DNA of 64,000 nucleotides, taken from assembly GCA_965116875.1 (NCBI GenBank), contig OZ220733.1, positions 3,008,001-3,072,000 on the forward strand, read 5' to 3'. The notes below the pieces were generated by a model. The model saw only the letters and a program-made list of their open reading frames with translations, did not search any database and was not told the origin of the DNA. Positions 61,391 through 64,000 of this stretch are shown here, one piece after another. A program made the translations under genes and the position numbers. How positions within the stretch are numbered: the stretch's first letter is position 1; every line of letters begins with the position of its first letter. This DNA is from Candidatus Latescibacterota bacterium. GTDB lineage: Bacteria > Latescibacterota > UBA2968 > GCA-2709665.

Positions 61391-63262
61391 TTAACGCATC
61401 GGTCCGCGGCCGTCAATAAGGATGTCTACGGGATGGGACAGCTGGACGAGGTCTTCGATATCAAACTGCTCGAGCAGGCCGAAACAGAACGAAACGGGCT
61501 CCCGCGTGTAGTCCACGCTCCAGTCGATGAGCCTGCGGAGGGTGTCGGGCAGGTTTGCGCTCAAAGCGTCGATGCCCCGGGGCCGCAGGGCCGCCGCGCA
61601 CAGGGCGATCAGCCCGGTGGAGAGGCCGTGTGCGTTGATGCTGAGCGAACCCACGCCGGCAGCGGACTCGATCCAGTGCCGTAGGGCCAGCAATTGCGCG
61701 GTACAGATGCCCAGGGGACGGTCGCCCGCGGCGGCGATGCACTCCATAAACAGGTAATGATAGTCGCCGTCCGCGATCACCTGTTCGCCAAATGCCAGCA
61801 GGTCGGCTGCGAAAACGCGTTTGCCGGCCTCAAGCGCATTCTTTACAGCCCTTGCCGCGCCGGCCCGGCCGTTTTCCGGGAGGACAAGCAGGACTTCGCG
61901 CGATCCCGTCGGATCGAATTCGGTGATGGGGACGTTCCAGCGGTCCATTTTCAGAAGATGGTGCGAGATCCTTGTCCCCGCCAGCGTCCGCGACTTGAGA
62001 GCGGTTTGCGATTCCACCGTGTACGCGGACGGCAGGCGCAGTACCCTGGCAAGACGTCTCCGGTCCTGCTGCCTTGAATCGGCGGTCGAACGTTTCACGG
62101 GCAGGCGCCCGGCGAGGTCGGCGGCGATAGAGAGGAACGTGGGATTGTCCGGCGGCAGCCCCACGTTGAGTTCCCATTCCGTGCGGATTTCGTCTTCGCA
62201 CGGGATGTCCTCGGTGGAGATATCGAGGGTCCACGCATTCTTCAGGAACTTGTAGAGTCGCTCGCGGATATCTTTCTCGTAGTTATGGGTGCCCGGGTCT
62301 TTGTTTGCGTAGAACGCGATATTCCTGGGAACGCCGAGTTTCTCGTAAACCTTTCGAGCGGGTGAATAAAGGGCGGGCCGCATGAATTCCGGGCGAAAAA
62401 TACCGTCGTTGACGCTGTGAACAAGCAGCGCCGGACGGGGCGCGAACATCGCCGTGAGGGTGTCGTAATCGGCCACGGTGCACAGATCCACGGGTGTCTG
62501 TTCCAGGTCGCCGTGGTCCTGCCACCGCCTGGTCGCGCGATGCCAGATCGGGGAGTGTCCCGATACCGGCACGGAAACGCCGATGCGTTCGTCCAGTGCG
62601 GTGAGCACCGCCGTCTGCCATCCGCCTCCCGAGAGACCGGTCATGGCCACCCTGTCGGGGTCTGCGTGTTCGTGGTCGAGCAGAACGTCCAGGCCGCGTT
62701 TCATGGCCAGGTACATGGCGCTGACACCGGCGACGCCGCACAGGTCGACGTGGGCCTGCTGCATGTGGTTGAGCGAGCCCTGTAGTTCGCCCATCCCGAT
62801 GAATTCGAAGTTCAGGGCGAGCATGCCGCGCCTAGCCAGGTTGATGCACCGCGCCTGCTTGTAGTCCATGGCCTTCCCGCCCCGATGGTGGCCGTTGGGA
62901 TTGAGCACGACCGGCGCCTTCCCCCGGAGATTCTCGGGCTCGTACAGCAGCGCGGGGATCCGCATGCCCGGATACCCCTCGTAATGGCATTTCCGGATGC
63001 GGTAGCCGTTTCCCTTGAGAACACCCTTCCAGCGAACGTCCGGCGGGCGATCGTTGACGTCCGGATCGAGTCCCGTCAGGTAGACTTTCTTCAGGAGGTC
63101 CCTGCGAATCCGGGCGGTCCGCTTCTTCCATTCGTCCGGGGATTCAGGGATTTCGAGGCGCGGCAGCTTTTCCGCATAGTAATCCATCATAATGCGGGTA
63201 TGCCGGTTGCGCAGGAGTTTTCGCGAAAGCGCGTGCGCGATCTGACTGGACGTGAGAGACAT
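61391..63262 (-). CDS. Alpha/beta hydrolase, acetyl-xylan-esterase-like
   Basis: IPALLYEP, NPNGH, TGLSGGG nucleophile, APRP, GTHNY; start uncertain (63262-63304). Confidence 0.82.
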   Translation of the reverse strand: MSLTSSQIAHALSRKLLRNRHTRIMMDYYAEKLPRLEIPESPDEWKKRTARIRRDLLKKVYLTGLDPDVNDRPPDVRWKGVLKGNGYRIRKCHYEGYPGMRIPALLYEPENLRGKAPVVLNPNGHHRGGKAMDYKQARCINLARRGMLALNFEFIGMGELQGSLNHMQQAHVDLCGVAGVSAMYLAMKRGLDVLLDHEHADPDRVAMTGLSGGGWQTAVLTALDERIGVSVPVSGHSPIWHRATRRWQDHGDLEQTPVDLCTVADYDTLTAMFAPRPALLVHSVNDGIFRPEFMRPALYSPARKVYEKLGVPRNIAFYANKDPGTHNYEKDIRERLYKFLKNAWTLDISTEDIPCEDEIRTEWELNVGLPPDNPTFLSIAADLAGRLPVKRSTADSRQQDRRRLARVLRLPSAYTVESQTALKSRTLAGTRISHHLLKMDRWNVPITEFDPTGSREVLLVLPENGRAGAARAVKNALEAGKRVFAADLLAFGEQVIADGDYHYLFMECIAAAGDRPLGICTAQLLALRHWIESAAGVGSLSINAHGLSTGLIALCAAALRPRGIDALSANLPDTLRRLIDWSVDYTREPVSFCFGLLEQFDIEDLVQLSHPVDILIDGRGPMR

Positions 63263-63313
63263 GGAGATGGTTCCGGGGCGTCCGGGCGCAAGGGGTTCCG
63301 GCAAGCGCGCCGG

Positions 63314-64000
63314 TCAGTTCAGCGAATAGGTCACATACGGGTTCTGACAGGGGTTGTTCCTGCTCACGTGCATGCGGCCTGCATCGGTTTCAATGATCAC
63401 GGAGAACGCGGTCGCCCAATACCCGGTCGTGGGATGATCGTTGGGATGACGGCAGATGGAGGTGGGATGGTCTTCATGATCGCTCAGGGCGGCCTTCATG
63501 CTCTCGATTGCAAAGGGCCGTTCCATTTCATTGAAGAGTTTCTGGATCCGGATCTTCCTTCCGCCGGACTGGATGAGTTCGGGGAAGACGTCGTTGTTGT
63601 GTATCAGTTCCGGATGCTCGCAGTGGTTGGTATGGGTCACCAGGCCCACGCCGTCGTCCCGGATCACGTGTACGTTCTCCAGCGTCACCTCCAGGTCCGC
63701 CGGCCCCTGCGGCGTGGAGAGGATGATGTTGGCAGGGATGGCGCGCCTGGCCCTTCGCACCGCCTGTACAGCGTCTTCCATGGTGGCGGTCTCGTAAATG
63801 CCCCGGACCGTGAAATAGTGCGGCACACCCACAGGACGGGAGGGCGCAGGCAGGGTATTCAGGCAAAGCCCGATCCCCTCGCTGTTCAGGCCGATATAGG
63901 CGATGATGCCGGCCTGGGTGATATTCAGCACGGCGGGCTTGCCTTCGGGGCGGCGGGTGAGGACGATGGTAAAGGGGTTGAGGCCCGGGTCGTTGTCCCA
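63314..64000 (-). CDS. Peptidase C45 / AAT-family Ntn hydrolase (5'-partial)
   Basis: Frame open to the window edge (WDNDP..); GLNSEG, GVP, HTNH, SICRH, T.FS.I. Confidence 0.85.
   Translation of the reverse strand, partial: WDNDPGLNPFTIVLTRRPEGKPAVLNITQAGIIAYIGLNSEGIGLCLNTLPAPSRPVGVPHYFTVRGIYETATMEDAVQAVRRARRAIPANIILSTPQGPADLEVTLENVHVIRDDGVGLVTHTNHCEHPELIHNNDVFPELIQSGGRKIRIQKLFNEMERPFAIESMKAALSDHEDHPTSICRHPNDHPTTGYWATAFSVIIETDAGRMHVSRNNPCQNPYVTYSLN

Overview
High-GC bacterial chromosomal window, probably from a marine-sponge symbiont. That origin is an inference from the Sup-type PKS; the taxon cannot be fixed from the sequence alone. (1) 1-11.5 kb: 3' part of a SupA-like type I PKS (AT-DH-cMT-ER-KR-ACP-KS-AT0), followed by a SupB-like ACP and a SupD/E-like hydrolase; two opposite-strand genes split the cluster. 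(2) 11.5-19.7 kb: mixed metabolic genes, including an NCS2 permease fused to a degenerate RsbW-like HATPase domain, encoded with a small protein and a STAS anti-anti-sigma factor. (3) 20-48.2 kb: a co-oriented 28-kb bioenergetic supercluster, nuoA-CD-E-F-G-H-J-K-L-M, then a complete 10-gene Mrp antiporter cluster, then nuoN, then the full F1Fo atp operon. nuoB and nuoI are absent, and NuoF, AtpA and AtpD carry unusual substitutions in conserved motifs. (4) 48.2-54.3 kb: accessory DNA, with an AT-rich islet (structured, terminator-containing leader plus a convergent antisense promoter ahead of a YjzC small-protein operon), dispersed repeats, a nitroreductase, and a Fic-Fic-MNT cassette flanked by MNT and HEPN remnants. 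(5) 54.4-64 kb: Yip1, a heparinase II/III-like lyase and a convergent hydrolase operon. No rRNA, tRNA or CRISPR array was recognised. All assignments come from reading motifs by eye; no database searches were run.
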